Below the pieces are notes generated by a model. The model worked only from the letters and a program-made list of their open reading frames with translations. It was not told where the DNA came from and did no database searches. A stretch of DNA of 64,000 bases from a virus: the IMG/VR virus record IMGVR_UViG_3300038436_000248, positions 8,854-72,853 of that record; one strand, 5' to 3'. Below are positions 1 to 8,640 of this stretch, one piece after another. The position numbers and the translations under genes are program-made. Each line of letters opens with the position of its first letter. The stretch's first letter is position 1.

Positions 1-169
1 AGTGGGGCACAAACTTGTACAAAGACTCCGCAAGCTGAATGTCCGTTGCTTGCTTCTTACTCAGAACCAGCGCCCGCTGCCCGTTGTCGATGGTCTCCCA
101 CTTGAAACCCATCAGGTGTTCAGCGACCAAAATTCGGGCCTGGTGCTCCTCAATGTATACATCTTTCAT
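1..169 (-). CDS. Hypothetical protein, 5' part only (MKDVYIEEHQARILVAEHLMGFKW...), runs off the window
   Basis: ATG at 169 overlaps the TGA of the upstream gene (ATGA); frame open to the window edge. Confidence 0.6.
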   Translation of the reverse strand, partial: MKDVYIEEHQARILVAEHLMGFKWETIDNGQRALVLSKKQATDIQLAESLYKFVPH

Positions 170-351
170 CGCAGGGGGAACCTTATCTTTCTGCCTTTAT
201 AGGCTTCCACGTCTGTGCCACGCCAGAACTCAAAGACGCAAGGGATATTCAGTGAGCGCCCGTATTGCAGGGCGCTCTCCTGAGTATCAAATGGCTTTGA
301 GATAAGGGCTACCTGGAAAGGCAGCTCTAACACAAGATGCCACTTATCCAT
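166..351 (-). CDS. Small hypothetical protein (MDKWHLVLELP..., 61 aa)
   Basis: Start overlaps the stop of 344-877; stop overlaps the next start. Confidence 0.6.
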   Translation of the reverse strand: MDKWHLVLELPFQVALISKPFDTQESALQYGRSLNIPCVFEFWRGTDVEAYKGRKIRFPLR

Positions 352-877
352 TGACAATACTCCTCCAGCCGTTGTCCTGAACTGCGGCCAGCTCAACTGT
401 TTCTCCAGGGGAAGGATCCTCCAGGAGGAAAGACAAGTCGGTGTCGATATTGATTGCAGGCTCTTTGCCGAGCTTCAAGAATGGCATGGGGCTGCCTGCC
501 TTGTGCATTTTCCCTGCGATTCCCTTGAAGAGTTTGAGGTCCAGCTTTTTTGTAACTGCCACAGGGGCGTTCTCTTCACACCATTGGATGGCCTTTGCCT
601 CATCCTTGACCTCAAAGATTGTCTTATCCACCTTCTTTACACCCTTCACGAGACCTTCCTGCCCCAACTTCTTGAAGCGCTCCAGGGCGAATTGACGTAC
701 TTCAGCATCCAGGGTGGTCTCCTGTGCGCTGGCGGCTTTGAATTTGCTGCTTGCTTCCTGCCATGCAGGTGTACTGTGAAGCTGCTCCAGCAAGGCCTTC
801 TGTTCCGCTGAGGCTTCTTCTTTGGCCCGTCGGGTACGGGCCAGGCCAATGAGCGAATCTGTGAGTTTATTTTCCAT
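344..877 (-). CDS. Mu Gam / Gp157-like host-nuclease inhibitor (DNA-end protecting) family protein
   Basis: N-terminal coiled coil, then ...VKDEAKAIQWCEENAPVAVTKKLDLKLFK...PAINIDTD, resembling the Gam/Gp157 C-terminus; GGGAG RBS. Confidence 0.55.
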   Translation of the reverse strand: MENKLTDSLIGLARTRRAKEEASAEQKALLEQLHSTPAWQEASSKFKAASAQETTLDAEVRQFALERFKKLGQEGLVKGVKKVDKTIFEVKDEAKAIQWCEENAPVAVTKKLDLKLFKGIAGKMHKAGSPMPFLKLGKEPAINIDTDLSFLLEDPSPGETVELAAVQDNGWRSIVNG

Positions 878-1029
878 TACTGAGCTCCCTTTTTTGAATA
901 TTCAAGAACATCTTCAGAAAGTTCTTGTTACTGGTATAACTTGGTGCTTTTGCACCTGGAAGAAGCACAAGCACTAAGCCCTGATCATATGCCCATCGGG
1001 CTGTGGGTGTCATTTTAGAAACCTCTTCT

Positions 1030-1590
1030 TTAGTTGCTTCTCATCCCATACTTTTTTCTCCTCAGCCCAATGATGTGCCAGGTAGGGACCCGCAGGTCTT
1101 TTTCTTCGGAGAAGTGCAGAACTGCATACTGCTTGTCCTCACTGAACCCATGGATCACCCCTGTCTTTTCCATACAACGGGCGACATGTTCATTTTGGGG
1201 AGCACACAATAAGCGCACGGGCTGCCCAACAAACAGGCGTCTCCCATTTATGTCCTTTGGTAGCTCCGCCGGGATCTCTGCTTGCTTCAGCAGTACTTGT
1301 TGCGCCCTGTACGCAGGAGCTGCGACCTGGCTAAAGGTGTCAGCAATTTGTTTGGGGGGCGCATTTTTTGCCAGGCTGGCGCTTCCCGGCGCACGCACGC
1401 CCAGAGCTGATCTTGGGCCGGTTACCGTGAGGGTGATTTTGTCCTCCATTTCCTCCACCTCTACGGACACCTGCATCTTGTCTCCGTAAGCAAGCGTGCA
1501 TTTCTTTGGAGAATTGAAGGTGACTTCAACCTTTTTGAACAGCTCAGCGGCAGCAAAAACACGTTCTTGAAAATCATTTCCTATACCCAT
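1030..1590 (-). CDS. Hypothetical protein with C-terminal KOW/SH3-like segment
   Basis: 186-aa ORF coupled to the upstream gene; LFVGQPVRL...GVIHG pattern. Confidence 0.7.
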   Translation of the reverse strand: MGIGNDFQERVFAAAELFKKVEVTFNSPKKCTLAYGDKMQVSVEVEEMEDKITLTVTGPRSALGVRAPGSASLAKNAPPKQIADTFSQVAAPAYRAQQVLLKQAEIPAELPKDINGRRLFVGQPVRLLCAPQNEHVARCMEKTGVIHGFSEDKQYAVLHFSEEKDLRVPTWHIIGLRRKKYGMRSN

Positions 1591-2297
1591 AGGTCTATCA
1601 GCTCCAGGTAAAGTTCAGCGACGTAATCTTTATCCACTTCGTCAGGCAATTTGGAAATACTCAAGTTCTCCGTACACTGCTGGATCAAGCTTCCCGCACG
1701 ATCTTTGAACTGCTCCAGTGTCCATTCACCGTTCAGTATCTCTCTAAGGGAGATCCAGCAGTTCGGAATGGGGAACCGCATTTCTCCGTACATATCCAGC
1801 TGGAGAAACTGGTAGCATAATCTACAGGTATTCATGGCGGCCTTGGTATCATAGCCATAGGCATCAACGAGTACCTGGCGTTTTGAGGAGGCCTTGGACT
1901 TCCCGATGGCCTCTGTGAGCTGTCCGGATGCGTATTTCACGAATGCCTGGAGCGCATATTTTGTGATGAACCTGTCCCGTTCCCTGACAATGACATTCCA
2001 TGCGCCTGTTTGATAAAGGACATTATCCTGGGGGGCGAAAAGCAACTCAAGAATGTTTGGGTTCCCGTTGGCACACAGAAAGAGGAAGTGCTTCAGGGCG
2101 TAGTAGGCCTCATCAAGGTCTTTCCTTTGCAATACTTTGTCCTCTTCAAAAGGGTCATTGCGCATGGCTCTTGAAGGAACAAACACCCCCCGGATGTCCC
2201 AATCGGAATCGGGTTTATGTGTGCCATACAAACGACTGCCAGACAAAACTTTTGAAATCAGGTATTTCTCAACGGTATTCACTGTCACATGTTCCAT
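1581..2297 (-). CDS. Pol-beta superfamily nucleotidyltransferase (RlaP/YcgL-like, PF10127-type)
   Basis: GSRLYGTHKPDSDWDIRGVF signature, then GNPNILELLF and YDTKAAMNTCRL motifs. Confidence 0.85.
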   Translation of the reverse strand: MEHVTVNTVEKYLISKVLSGSRLYGTHKPDSDWDIRGVFVPSRAMRNDPFEEDKVLQRKDLDEAYYALKHFLFLCANGNPNILELLFAPQDNVLYQTGAWNVIVRERDRFITKYALQAFVKYASGQLTEAIGKSKASSKRQVLVDAYGYDTKAAMNTCRLCYQFLQLDMYGEMRFPIPNCWISLREILNGEWTLEQFKDRAGSLIQQCTENLSISKLPDEVDKDYVAELYLELIDLWV

Positions 2298-2302
2298 TAC
2301 GT

Positions 2303-2716
2303 TTATCCTCCTATCGGGGAGATCAATTCAATCCAACTGCACCAGATCGCACCATTGAAACCAGTGGTCACCTTTGTGTAGTTATACAGATCATTGGCGT
2401 ACCAGTTCTCTTTCCAGAAGGTGGTGAAGTCTCTCTCCCAGAAAGCGCCTGGCGCAGATGCTGCCACGATATTCCCACGAGCACTCCACAAGCTGAGCGT
2501 CCGCTCTTTTGGGTTGATGCAGTTCTCGATATATTTGATGTACTCCTCTGCATATTTCTGGTTTGAGAAGGCGTACAGCATGGAACCCTCAATGGGGGGC
2601 GTGGTCACCACGTTTGGCAGGTACTCCACGGCCCATGCAGAGGGAAAGGAGCTGAACATTCGCCCTTGGTTTTCTCCAGATATACATGCGTTTATTACTT
2701 TGTATATTATATCCAT
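2303..2716 (-). CDS. Hypothetical protein, probably leaderless
   Basis: 137-aa ORF; ATG lies 7 nt after an extended -10 box; no SD sequence. Confidence 0.7.
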   Translation of the reverse strand: MDIIYKVINACISGENQGRMFSSFPSAWAVEYLPNVVTTPPIEGSMLYAFSNQKYAEEYIKYIENCINPKERTLSLWSARGNIVAASAPGAFWERDFTTFWKENWYANDLYNYTKVTTGFNGAIWCSWIELISPIGG

Positions 2717-2723
2717 GTCAATT

Positions 2724-2735
2724 AGTATAGCATAG
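2724..2735 (-). promoter_or_regulatory. Extended -10 promoter CTATGCTATACT
   Basis: Same motif as at 4307 and 6015; TG-n-TATACT. Confidence 0.7.
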
Positions 2736-2759
2736 AATAGTAGAAAAGAAAAGGGAGGA

Positions 2760-3047
2760 TCAGTTCTTCAAGATCTCGTTCCACGGGATGCCACCAACAT
2801 CCTCTGCGTCAGAGTCGTCATCCTCCTGCGCAGGCAATTCCCAAGGCCAGAACCCTGTCTTTTGATAGATCTTTGCGGCCTGGCGGGCCTCTGCTTTGGT
2901 CAGGGTGTTTTGCATGATTATCTTGCCCGTAGCATTGATGAGCTCTCCCTTTTCCGTAACCAGGACTACGGCATTCTCATTGGTGAGCACTTCTGCTGTT
3001 TCGACCCAGCCACCATCGCTTAGAAACGTGTACAATTTTTTATCCAT
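2760..3047 (-). CDS. Hypothetical protein, acidic C-terminus
   Basis: 95-aa ORF with GAGGAG RBS. Confidence 0.7.
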   Translation of the reverse strand: MDKKLYTFLSDGGWVETAEVLTNENAVVLVTEKGELINATGKIIMQNTLTKAEARQAAKIYQKTGFWPWELPAQEDDDSDAEDVGGIPWNEILKN

Positions 3048-3056
3048 TGCTCCTCC

Positions 3057-3254
3057 TCAGATAATTAGAAAACTAAAACTTGTTATTCCTGCAATGATAA
3101 GGGCAATTATACCCACAATCACACAGGTGATCACAGCAAAGATGAACAACCCGATCAGGGTGGTTACAATAAGCTGAACGAAAGCGATCAGCATGGCAAG
3201 TACTGCGCAAAACACATTGAATAGATTGACAGACGCTTCAACGAATTTCAACAT
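3057..3254 (-). CDS. Small membrane protein
   Basis: 65 aa, almost entirely hydrophobic; AAGGAG RBS. Confidence 0.7.
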   Translation of the reverse strand: MLKFVEASVNLFNVFCAVLAMLIAFVQLIVTTLIGLFIFAVITCVIVGIIALIIAGITSFSFLII

Positions 3255-3527
3255 GACTCTCCTTTTCTAGTGGACGTCCGTTTTTCTTCCCCAGAGGGGA
3301 GATAACGGTGTAATAACCAAGCCACTGCAACTGTAAGCCGTAAAAAGTAGGCTTATGAAGGTACTTCCAAAGACCATCAAGGTCAGTTACGTTTGCTATG
3401 ATGTACCCATCTTGAAGGTGGGTGACAAACTCATAGCGGTCATGCTTTTTGTAGACCTGAAACAAGAGGGGTCTCCACCTGTACCTGCGAAGGTACCGAT
3501 AAACACTCACGGTCTTTTTTTTGCCAT
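3238..3527 (-). CDS. Hypothetical protein whose SD-preceded ATG is out of frame across an A8 tract
   Basis: AAGGAACC-ATG-GC-A8-GACC reads MAKKRP-stop; one extra A gives MAKKKTVSVYRY... in the long frame. Confidence 0.5.
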
Positions 3528-3536
3528 GGTTCCTTC

Positions 3537-3770
3537 TTAGAACTCCCGCAAGCTCCATAGGAGATCCTCCCTTCCAACACCAAGATACTGCGCTGCAACT
3601 TTGTACATATGCCTGATGCGGAAGGGCCTGGTACTACTGGACTGCATTGTTCCTAGCGCCTCCCCTCCGTAGCATACAGCCCAGAGGGTATTATCGGCAC
3701 GAGTGAATACGCAGACCCTTCCCTTATTTGAAACTTGCACCTGATTACAATTGATCTGTTTCATCTCCAT
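3537..3770 (-). CDS. Hypothetical protein
   Basis: ORF in the co-oriented array; start chosen at MEMKQ. Confidence 0.55.
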   Translation of the reverse strand: MEMKQINCNQVQVSNKGRVCVFTRADNTLWAVCYGGEALGTMQSSSTRPFRIRHMYKVAAQYLGVGREDLLWSLREF

Positions 3771-3912
3771 TTGCAGGCACCTCTTCCAGGGATATTGAGA
3801 ACGGGCTTTCGCACTTCTCACATACCACTTCAATGATCAGCGGATCATTCAGGTTTAGATGCTTGCAAACTGGACACTCCCAGATGCCCAGCGCTTCCCG
3901 TAAACTGGACAT
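3745..3912 (-). CDS. Small zinc-ribbon protein (CPVC...CEKC)
   Basis: MSSLREALGIWECPVCK...CEKCES; TAATG coupling to the upstream gene. Confidence 0.65.
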   Translation of the reverse strand: MSSLREALGIWECPVCKHLNLNDPLIIEVVCEKCESPFSISLEEVPANGDETDQL

Positions 3913-4280
3913 TAGAACACCTCTGCGGGGAGGACATTCCCCAGAACCGGAAGGGTGGCCTCCTGCGTCTCGAGGGCTGATTGAATCAGGTTGGTCAGCT
4001 CGACAAGTTGGCGGGAGTTTCCCATTACCCAATCACGGTACTTGCTCATGTTCCCAACGGGCACCCAATGGTTGTTCCCAGGGGTCATGTCCAAGGCCCA
4101 GACCAGCATGCTTTCCCGCCCCTGGGTAACGTACATATTTACCACGCCATTCCCACGAGAGAGGAAGACCCCGTGAACTTTCCCGTCTTGATCAGTGACC
4201 TTACAAAGCCAGTGGGTCTCTGCGGGCCATTGGGTTTTTACTACCTGATGGGCCAGTTCAAGCCAATTGATCTCTTTCAT
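3912..4280 (-). CDS. Hypothetical protein
   Basis: 122 aa; AAGGAGG RBS; directly downstream of the promoter at 4307-4335. Confidence 0.75.
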   Translation of the reverse strand: MKEINWLELAHQVVKTQWPAETHWLCKVTDQDGKVHGVFLSRGNGVVNMYVTQGRESMLVWALDMTPGNNHWVPVGNMSKYRDWVMGNSRQLVELTNLIQSALETQEATLPVLGNVLPAEVF

Positions 4281-4306
4281 TGCGCCTCCTTATTTCAGCA
4301 TGAGTA

Positions 4307-4335
4307 AGTATAGCATAGAAACAAGATATTGACAA
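4307..4335 (-). promoter_or_regulatory. Sigma70-type promoter TTGTCA-N17-TATACT with extended -10
   Basis: Minus strand CTTGTCAATATCTTGTTTCTATGCTATACT. Confidence 0.85.
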
Positions 4336-4358
4336 GGCATAAAAACTACTTTACTTTC

Positions 4359-4841
4359 CTACTGGTTGAGCATGATGCTGTAGCCCTTCAGGTTGTGGGT
4401 CTTGCCCTGGGGGGTAATGTTATGCAGGTCAATGGAAACCTGATCTGCTTGCGTGTACTCCATGGCGGAGCAGGCATTCTCAAAGGCCAGCAGGGCCATT
4501 TGCAGCACCGCACGTTTGGAGGTTTTAGGTGTGCCCTTTGTTTCCTGGAGGGCAATTGTTGCCTGCTGATGAAGAAGCTCAATATCCCAATTGGGGAGGG
4601 ATACTTCTTTGGCCGTTTTCGGGAGGGTCACTTCAGTACTGGCGGAGTTGTTTTCTTTCAGCCATGGGTCAAGGCCCTGCACTTCGTAGATTTTGCAGAT
4701 AGCATCTTCAATGGCTTCAAACCCGTGAAGCAGGCCTTCCAGTTCCTCATTGGCAGGGGAGTTTGCGGCCAGCTCAGCCAGGGTATCTACAATTTCTACC
4801 ATTTGAGACAAAGAGGTGGTGATTTTCAGTGTTTTTACCAT
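4359..4841 (-). CDS. Hypothetical protein
   Basis: MVKTLKITT..., AAGGAG RBS. Confidence 0.7.
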   Translation of the reverse strand: MVKTLKITTSLSQMVEIVDTLAELAANSPANEELEGLLHGFEAIEDAICKIYEVQGLDPWLKENNSASTEVTLPKTAKEVSLPNWDIELLHQQATIALQETKGTPKTSKRAVLQMALLAFENACSAMEYTQADQVSIDLHNITPQGKTHNLKGYSIMLNQ

Positions 4842-4901
4842 AAGGGTCTCCTTTTGATTGTTTGGGTGCCGCCAAATCAGGGGCACAATGAGGTAAGTTG
4901 G

Positions 4902-4933
4902 GTACGTTGGTACAAATTGGGGCTTACGCCCCA
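4902..4933 (-). repeat. Outlying copy of the double-hairpin element
   Basis: Sense TGGGGC-GTAA-GCCCCA ATTT GTAC-CAAC-GTAC, intergenic. Confidence 0.6.
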
Positions 4934-4949
4934 GAGTCCACATTTGGAC

Positions 4950-5234
4950 TCAACCCCTGCGGAAGAGGCCCCACTTGCGGCGGGTAGTGCGTTTGCTTTC
5001 CTCTGCCCCGCCCAGATCGGCACCCTGTGCAACCCAGGTGTTGATGTCAGGCCAGAAAACAAGGCGTGGGGTACCATCTTCAATGACGATATTTACCACG
5101 TCCCCATTGGGTTCGTACCATTTCCCCAGGCCTTCGATCTTGATGCTGATCACATCGGGGTGGCAGGTGACGGTCACTTCTCGTTGTGTACTCATTTGGG
5201 CGTCTGACAGGATTGATTTGATTCTTTTAGTCAT
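4950..5234 (-). CDS. Hypothetical protein
   Basis: 94 aa; GAGGAGG RBS. Confidence 0.7.
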   Translation of the reverse strand: MTKRIKSILSDAQMSTQREVTVTCHPDVISIKIEGLGKWYEPNGDVVNIVIEDGTPRLVFWPDINTWVAQGADLGGAEESKRTTRRKWGLFRRG

Positions 5235-5565
5235 GGATGACCTCCTCTGATATATTGAAGTGTTGCAGCATGTTCTTGATGCTCTCCCGCATGTTTTTTT
5301 TGCGGGCCCACCGGGCTTTGAGCAGGGTTTTCAAAGAGCCGATTTGTTCAGGAGTCGGGGGATGTTCTCCGTGGCATATAGTGCCATCCACGGAGTAGAA
5401 CAGCCAGCCATTCTTCGCCAGAGTTTCCCAGCTTTCATAGTTGAGCTCTGTTCCAATTTCTCCCACGCCCTCAGCGTCATTCAGCCGATCTCCCGTATGA
5501 ATAACGTACCCATCGGGTTTGATCCAGCCCATGTGTACCATAGACCGTTTTGTTTTCTCTGTCAT
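5227..5565 (-). CDS. Hypothetical protein
   Basis: 112 aa; overlapping start/stop coupling. Confidence 0.7.
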   Translation of the reverse strand: MTEKTKRSMVHMGWIKPDGYVIHTGDRLNDAEGVGEIGTELNYESWETLAKNGWLFYSVDGTICHGEHPPTPEQIGSLKTLLKARWARKKNMRESIKNMLQHFNISEEVIHD

Positions 5566-5927
5566 TCGTGCACCTCATTTTCAAGTTCTTCAAGATAATC
5601 TTCAACATGCCACCGCAGCAATTCTGCTCGACGGGACACTGCCCAGGCTTTCTGTGCGGGTGTGTACTTCTCAAAGAGTTCAGGATCATTCTCTCTTGGG
5701 TCAAGGGTCAGGAAAAAGAGAAGTTCATAAACTGTCCTCTCGCTTGCGGGGTTGATATGGGGAGCAGGGCAGAACCGTTCACCCTCAAAGAGTAGTTGAT
5801 CCCCATCGAAGAGGCGATAAGCCAGCTCATGCTTACCATACTCATCCTGCTTGCCAGTTGCGTACAGACGTACTGTGTACTGCTCATGCTGCCACTCAAT
5901 AAGCGGCGTTTGGTCAAAGGCACTCAT
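5562..5927 (-). CDS. Hypothetical protein
   Basis: 121 aa; GGAGG RBS. Confidence 0.75.
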   Translation of the reverse strand: MSAFDQTPLIEWQHEQYTVRLYATGKQDEYGKHELAYRLFDGDQLLFEGERFCPAPHINPASERTVYELLFFLTLDPRENDPELFEKYTPAQKAWAVSRRAELLRWHVEDYLEELENEVHE

Positions 5928-6014
5928 TTGAACCTCCGTGAATAACGAGTTGGATTACAGGGTGCAAATGGAGATATTCAATTTGTAAGGTACGGTTTTC
6001 TCAATTGCTGAATA

Positions 6015-6042
6015 AGTATAGCATAGAAACTGTATTACACAA
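6015..6042 (-). promoter_or_regulatory. Sigma70-type promoter TTGTGT-N16-TATACT
   Basis: Shares GTTTCTATGCTATACTTA with the 4307 promoter. Confidence 0.75.
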
Positions 6043-6093
6043 GGGTAAAGATGTCACAATATTTGCATGACATAGATCACCCGAAATGGGGGC

Positions 6094-6348
6094 TTATTCT
6101 GCCCCCTGCCTGAAGTGCACGACGGCTTCTTGCTTGTGATCTTGAATCGCCTGCGTGCATGCGTTTTTGATCGCCTCTGCCATGGCATCCACGGACACAT
6201 CCAGAGTACCAGTACTGATGCTCACAAACCAGGGCATACCATCAGAGGGCAAGCACAGGACAAACATACCAGGGAGGAGGCTAAGTACAAGGGGTTCTTG
6301 ATGCCCTGCTTTCACTGCCGCTGCTTCAACTTGTTCTTTCTCAACCAT
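6094..6348 (-). CDS. Hypothetical protein
   Basis: 84 aa; GGAGG RBS; stop sits in the loop of a GGGGGC/GCCCCC hairpin followed by ATTT. Confidence 0.7.
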   Translation of the reverse strand: MVEKEQVEAAAVKAGHQEPLVLSLLPGMFVLCLPSDGMPWFVSISTGTLDVSVDAMAEAIKNACTQAIQDHKQEAVVHFRQGAE

Positions 6349-6356
6349 ATTTCCTC

Positions 6357-6671
6357 CTAGTATAAAAGCTCGCCCATAACGATAGACAGGTGATGTTCCG
6401 CCCCGATGATCAGCGCCCTTTCAATGTACTCTTTATACGCACCCACGGAAAAGGTCATGCCCTGGGTTTTGATAAGGATTGTTGTCGTTACCTGTGAAGG
6501 GGTAAGGCACACAGCAAAGATTTCCTTTCTCTCGGAGTAGTCCATACATACAACAGTGCAATCCTCTATGCCTGCCTGGGCGCAAGCGGACTCAATTTTA
6601 TTCCGTTCTACTGACGCATAGGTACATCCTGATCCCTGTGCTGCCCGATCTGCCTTTTCTAAAGTGCTCAT
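6357..6671 (-). CDS. Hypothetical protein
   Basis: 104 aa; AGGAGG RBS. Confidence 0.7.
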   Translation of the reverse strand: MSTLEKADRAAQGSGCTYASVERNKIESACAQAGIEDCTVVCMDYSERKEIFAVCLTPSQVTTTILIKTQGMTFSVGAYKEYIERALIIGAEHHLSIVMGELLY

Positions 6672-6707
6672 TGAAACCTCCTGATAGATAGTGGTACGAT
6701 TTTGTTT

Positions 6708-7151
6708 TCACCAATCAAGCAAAGCAGAGTTGCTCACCCGAAGGGCCCTATGGGATTGAAAAGTCCCTCCTCTTGAAACGCTGGTTTGGGTGAAGCTGAC
6801 CTGAAGAAAGACCCTCACGTCCCCTACTGGCCTGACAACATCCACAGTAAAGAGTGCTGTTTCATATTCCGCCTCATCCTCCGGAGGCATGTGATAAACG
6901 CACCCCCAGACCTCTTTTACCATATTCCGGTTTGCCCACTCCTCAAGCTGCTCACTTCCAGAGAGAAAAACCTGCACCTCAGAAGTAGGCAAGGGCATTA
7001 TCAAAGGCGCACCACCAAGTGGCTGCCTGATAGACTGCAAAGCCTGAATACGATACTGCACACTATCCGAGTAACGGACAAGGGCATAAAAGCCACGGCT
7101 CTCCTGGACAGGGCCAGTAATCGACTGAAGGGGAACAACCAGGTATTTCAT
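6708..7151 (-). CDS. Hypothetical protein, KYLxxP paralogue family
   Basis: MKYLVVPL...ALVRYSDSVQYRIQAL. Confidence 0.7.
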   Translation of the reverse strand: MKYLVVPLQSITGPVQESRGFYALVRYSDSVQYRIQALQSIRQPLGGAPLIMPLPTSEVQVFLSGSEQLEEWANRNMVKEVWGCVYHMPPEDEAEYETALFTVDVVRPVGDVRVFLQVSFTQTSVSRGGTFQSHRALRVSNSALLDW

Positions 7152-7158
7152 ACTACCC

Positions 7159-7566
7159 TCACCTTTCCATGATCCAGGAAGCGCCAATCGACATAACAGG
7201 GGGAGTATTGGCCCCAACTTTCACATACAAGAACAATTCACTCCCCTCTGTCGCCCCATTTCTGCACAAAGACACAGCATAAGGCACAGCTCTCTTCAAA
7301 CCCTTCCCCAACGCAGGGAGACGATCCACAACCCCCCAAGCATACTCATTCACAAACTCATCCACCAGCTCCTCCAAGCGACCACTCTTCCCCCAAACCA
7401 ACTCCACCTCATGGGAAAGCAAAAAAAGCCACAAAGAGGGATGCCTGAGACAACTTATATCCCGCAAAGCCCGTATACGCTGCTCCATAGCAGAGGAATA
7501 CCGCACAAAAGCACACGTAGGGACTGTGTCAAGGGTGCCAGGGAAGGGAACAATCAAGTATTTCAT
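7159..7566 (-). CDS. Hypothetical protein, KYLxxP paralogue family
   Basis: MKYLIVPF...AFVRYSSAMEQRIRAL; GGAGG RBS. Confidence 0.7.
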   Translation of the reverse strand: MKYLIVPFPGTLDTVPTCAFVRYSSAMEQRIRALRDISCLRHPSLWLFLLSHEVELVWGKSGRLEELVDEFVNEYAWGVVDRLPALGKGLKRAVPYAVSLCRNGATEGSELFLYVKVGANTPPVMSIGASWIMER

Positions 7567-7617
7567 AAGGATACCAAGCCTCCAAAGGGTATAGAATGTG
7601 ACCATAGGAATACTTAT

Positions 7618-7631
7618 TTTTCACGTGAAAA
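7618..7631. promoter_or_regulatory. parS-like palindrome TTTTCACGTGAAAA
   Basis: Perfect 14-bp palindrome, intergenic; core TTTCACGTGAAA shared with bacterial parS. Confidence 0.6.
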
Positions 7632-7772
7632 CAAATTCTGAATCCCTATGTTCGGGGGGGTTGAAAATTTGGGGCGGGGGGTGGTAAAAAGTACCTGTTT
7701 TGCCCGCTCGCCCAACAGTAAGGGCCCCCCTCAACCCCTCACCGTAGCATTTTCCCCTGGAATATCCCTCCC

Positions 7773-8186
7773 CTAGCCCATAGGCACACCCCCTCTCACG
7801 ATGTGCATTGCTGCGGGTGAGAAGAGCACCCCGCTTTCATTGGTGACCATGAGGGTCCAGAGGCCCTTTCCCTTACGCAGGCGCAGGGTAGCCAGTTTGG
7901 GGTGATCTGTGGCTTGTTCCTTGCAGGGGTTCTCCGGGCACAGCACCCATGCTTTACTGTTACCCGTGTACTGTTTTTGCAGGGCATCATACAGGGTGGG
8001 GTTGGTGCACAGGTGTACACTGGCTTCAGGGAATATGACTTCGGTGTCACCCTTGCTTACGCCCGCACGGATGGATTTGACGGCTTCTTTTGCGATCAGT
8101 CCTGACACCTCCTCTGTGTAGGGGATTACTGCGATGCGGTTCACGTTGGACACAGCGGAGCGGACGGGGAGGATTAGGTATTGCAT
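7773..8186 (-). CDS. Hypothetical protein, KYLxxP paralogue family
   Basis: MQYLILPV...IAVIPYTEEV; AGGAG RBS. Confidence 0.7.
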   Translation of the reverse strand: MQYLILPVRSAVSNVNRIAVIPYTEEVSGLIAKEAVKSIRAGVSKGDTEVIFPEASVHLCTNPTLYDALQKQYTGNSKAWVLCPENPCKEQATDHPKLATLRLRKGKGLWTLMVTNESGVLFSPAAMHIVRGGVPMG

Positions 8187-8196
8187 AGGTCTCCTC

Positions 8197-8640
8197 TTAT
8201 TGGATGTCAGGGAGTTTGACAGGGACGGTGGGCAGCTCTTCCAGGCGGAAGTTGGTGGAGGAGAAGGCGATCCCTTCCCATGTCACCTCTACCAGCAGGT
8301 AGTCATTGGGGGTGTAGGCGATCATAACCTGGTCAAAGCGTACGTCAAAGTAACGATCACGGAAGATGTCCCGTTCGCACAGGAAGGCGGGCTCTCGAAA
8401 CTCCTGACGAATGCCCGGGACGTAACAAGGGTGGTAGACTCCCGGATAGAACTCAAGCAGCCCTTCTACTTCTTCATTCTTTACCCATCGGGTGAAGGGG
8501 GCGCCCCACTTGCCCTCTGTGCCCAACCGTTCAAAGGCTGCTTTTACACCCTGGGTGAGGGGGATGCGTGCGTAGGCACTTCTTATGTCCCCTTTAGGTT
8601 CAGGGGAGCGGTATGTCATGTGGAGGATAATACTATGCAT
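8197..8640 (-). CDS. Hypothetical protein
   Basis: 147 aa; AAGGA RBS; coupled to the upstream gene. Confidence 0.7.
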   Translation of the reverse strand: MHSIILHMTYRSPEPKGDIRSAYARIPLTQGVKAAFERLGTEGKWGAPFTRWVKNEEVEGLLEFYPGVYHPCYVPGIRQEFREPAFLCERDIFRDRYFDVRFDQVMIAYTPNDYLLVEVTWEGIAFSSTNFRLEELPTVPVKLPDIQ

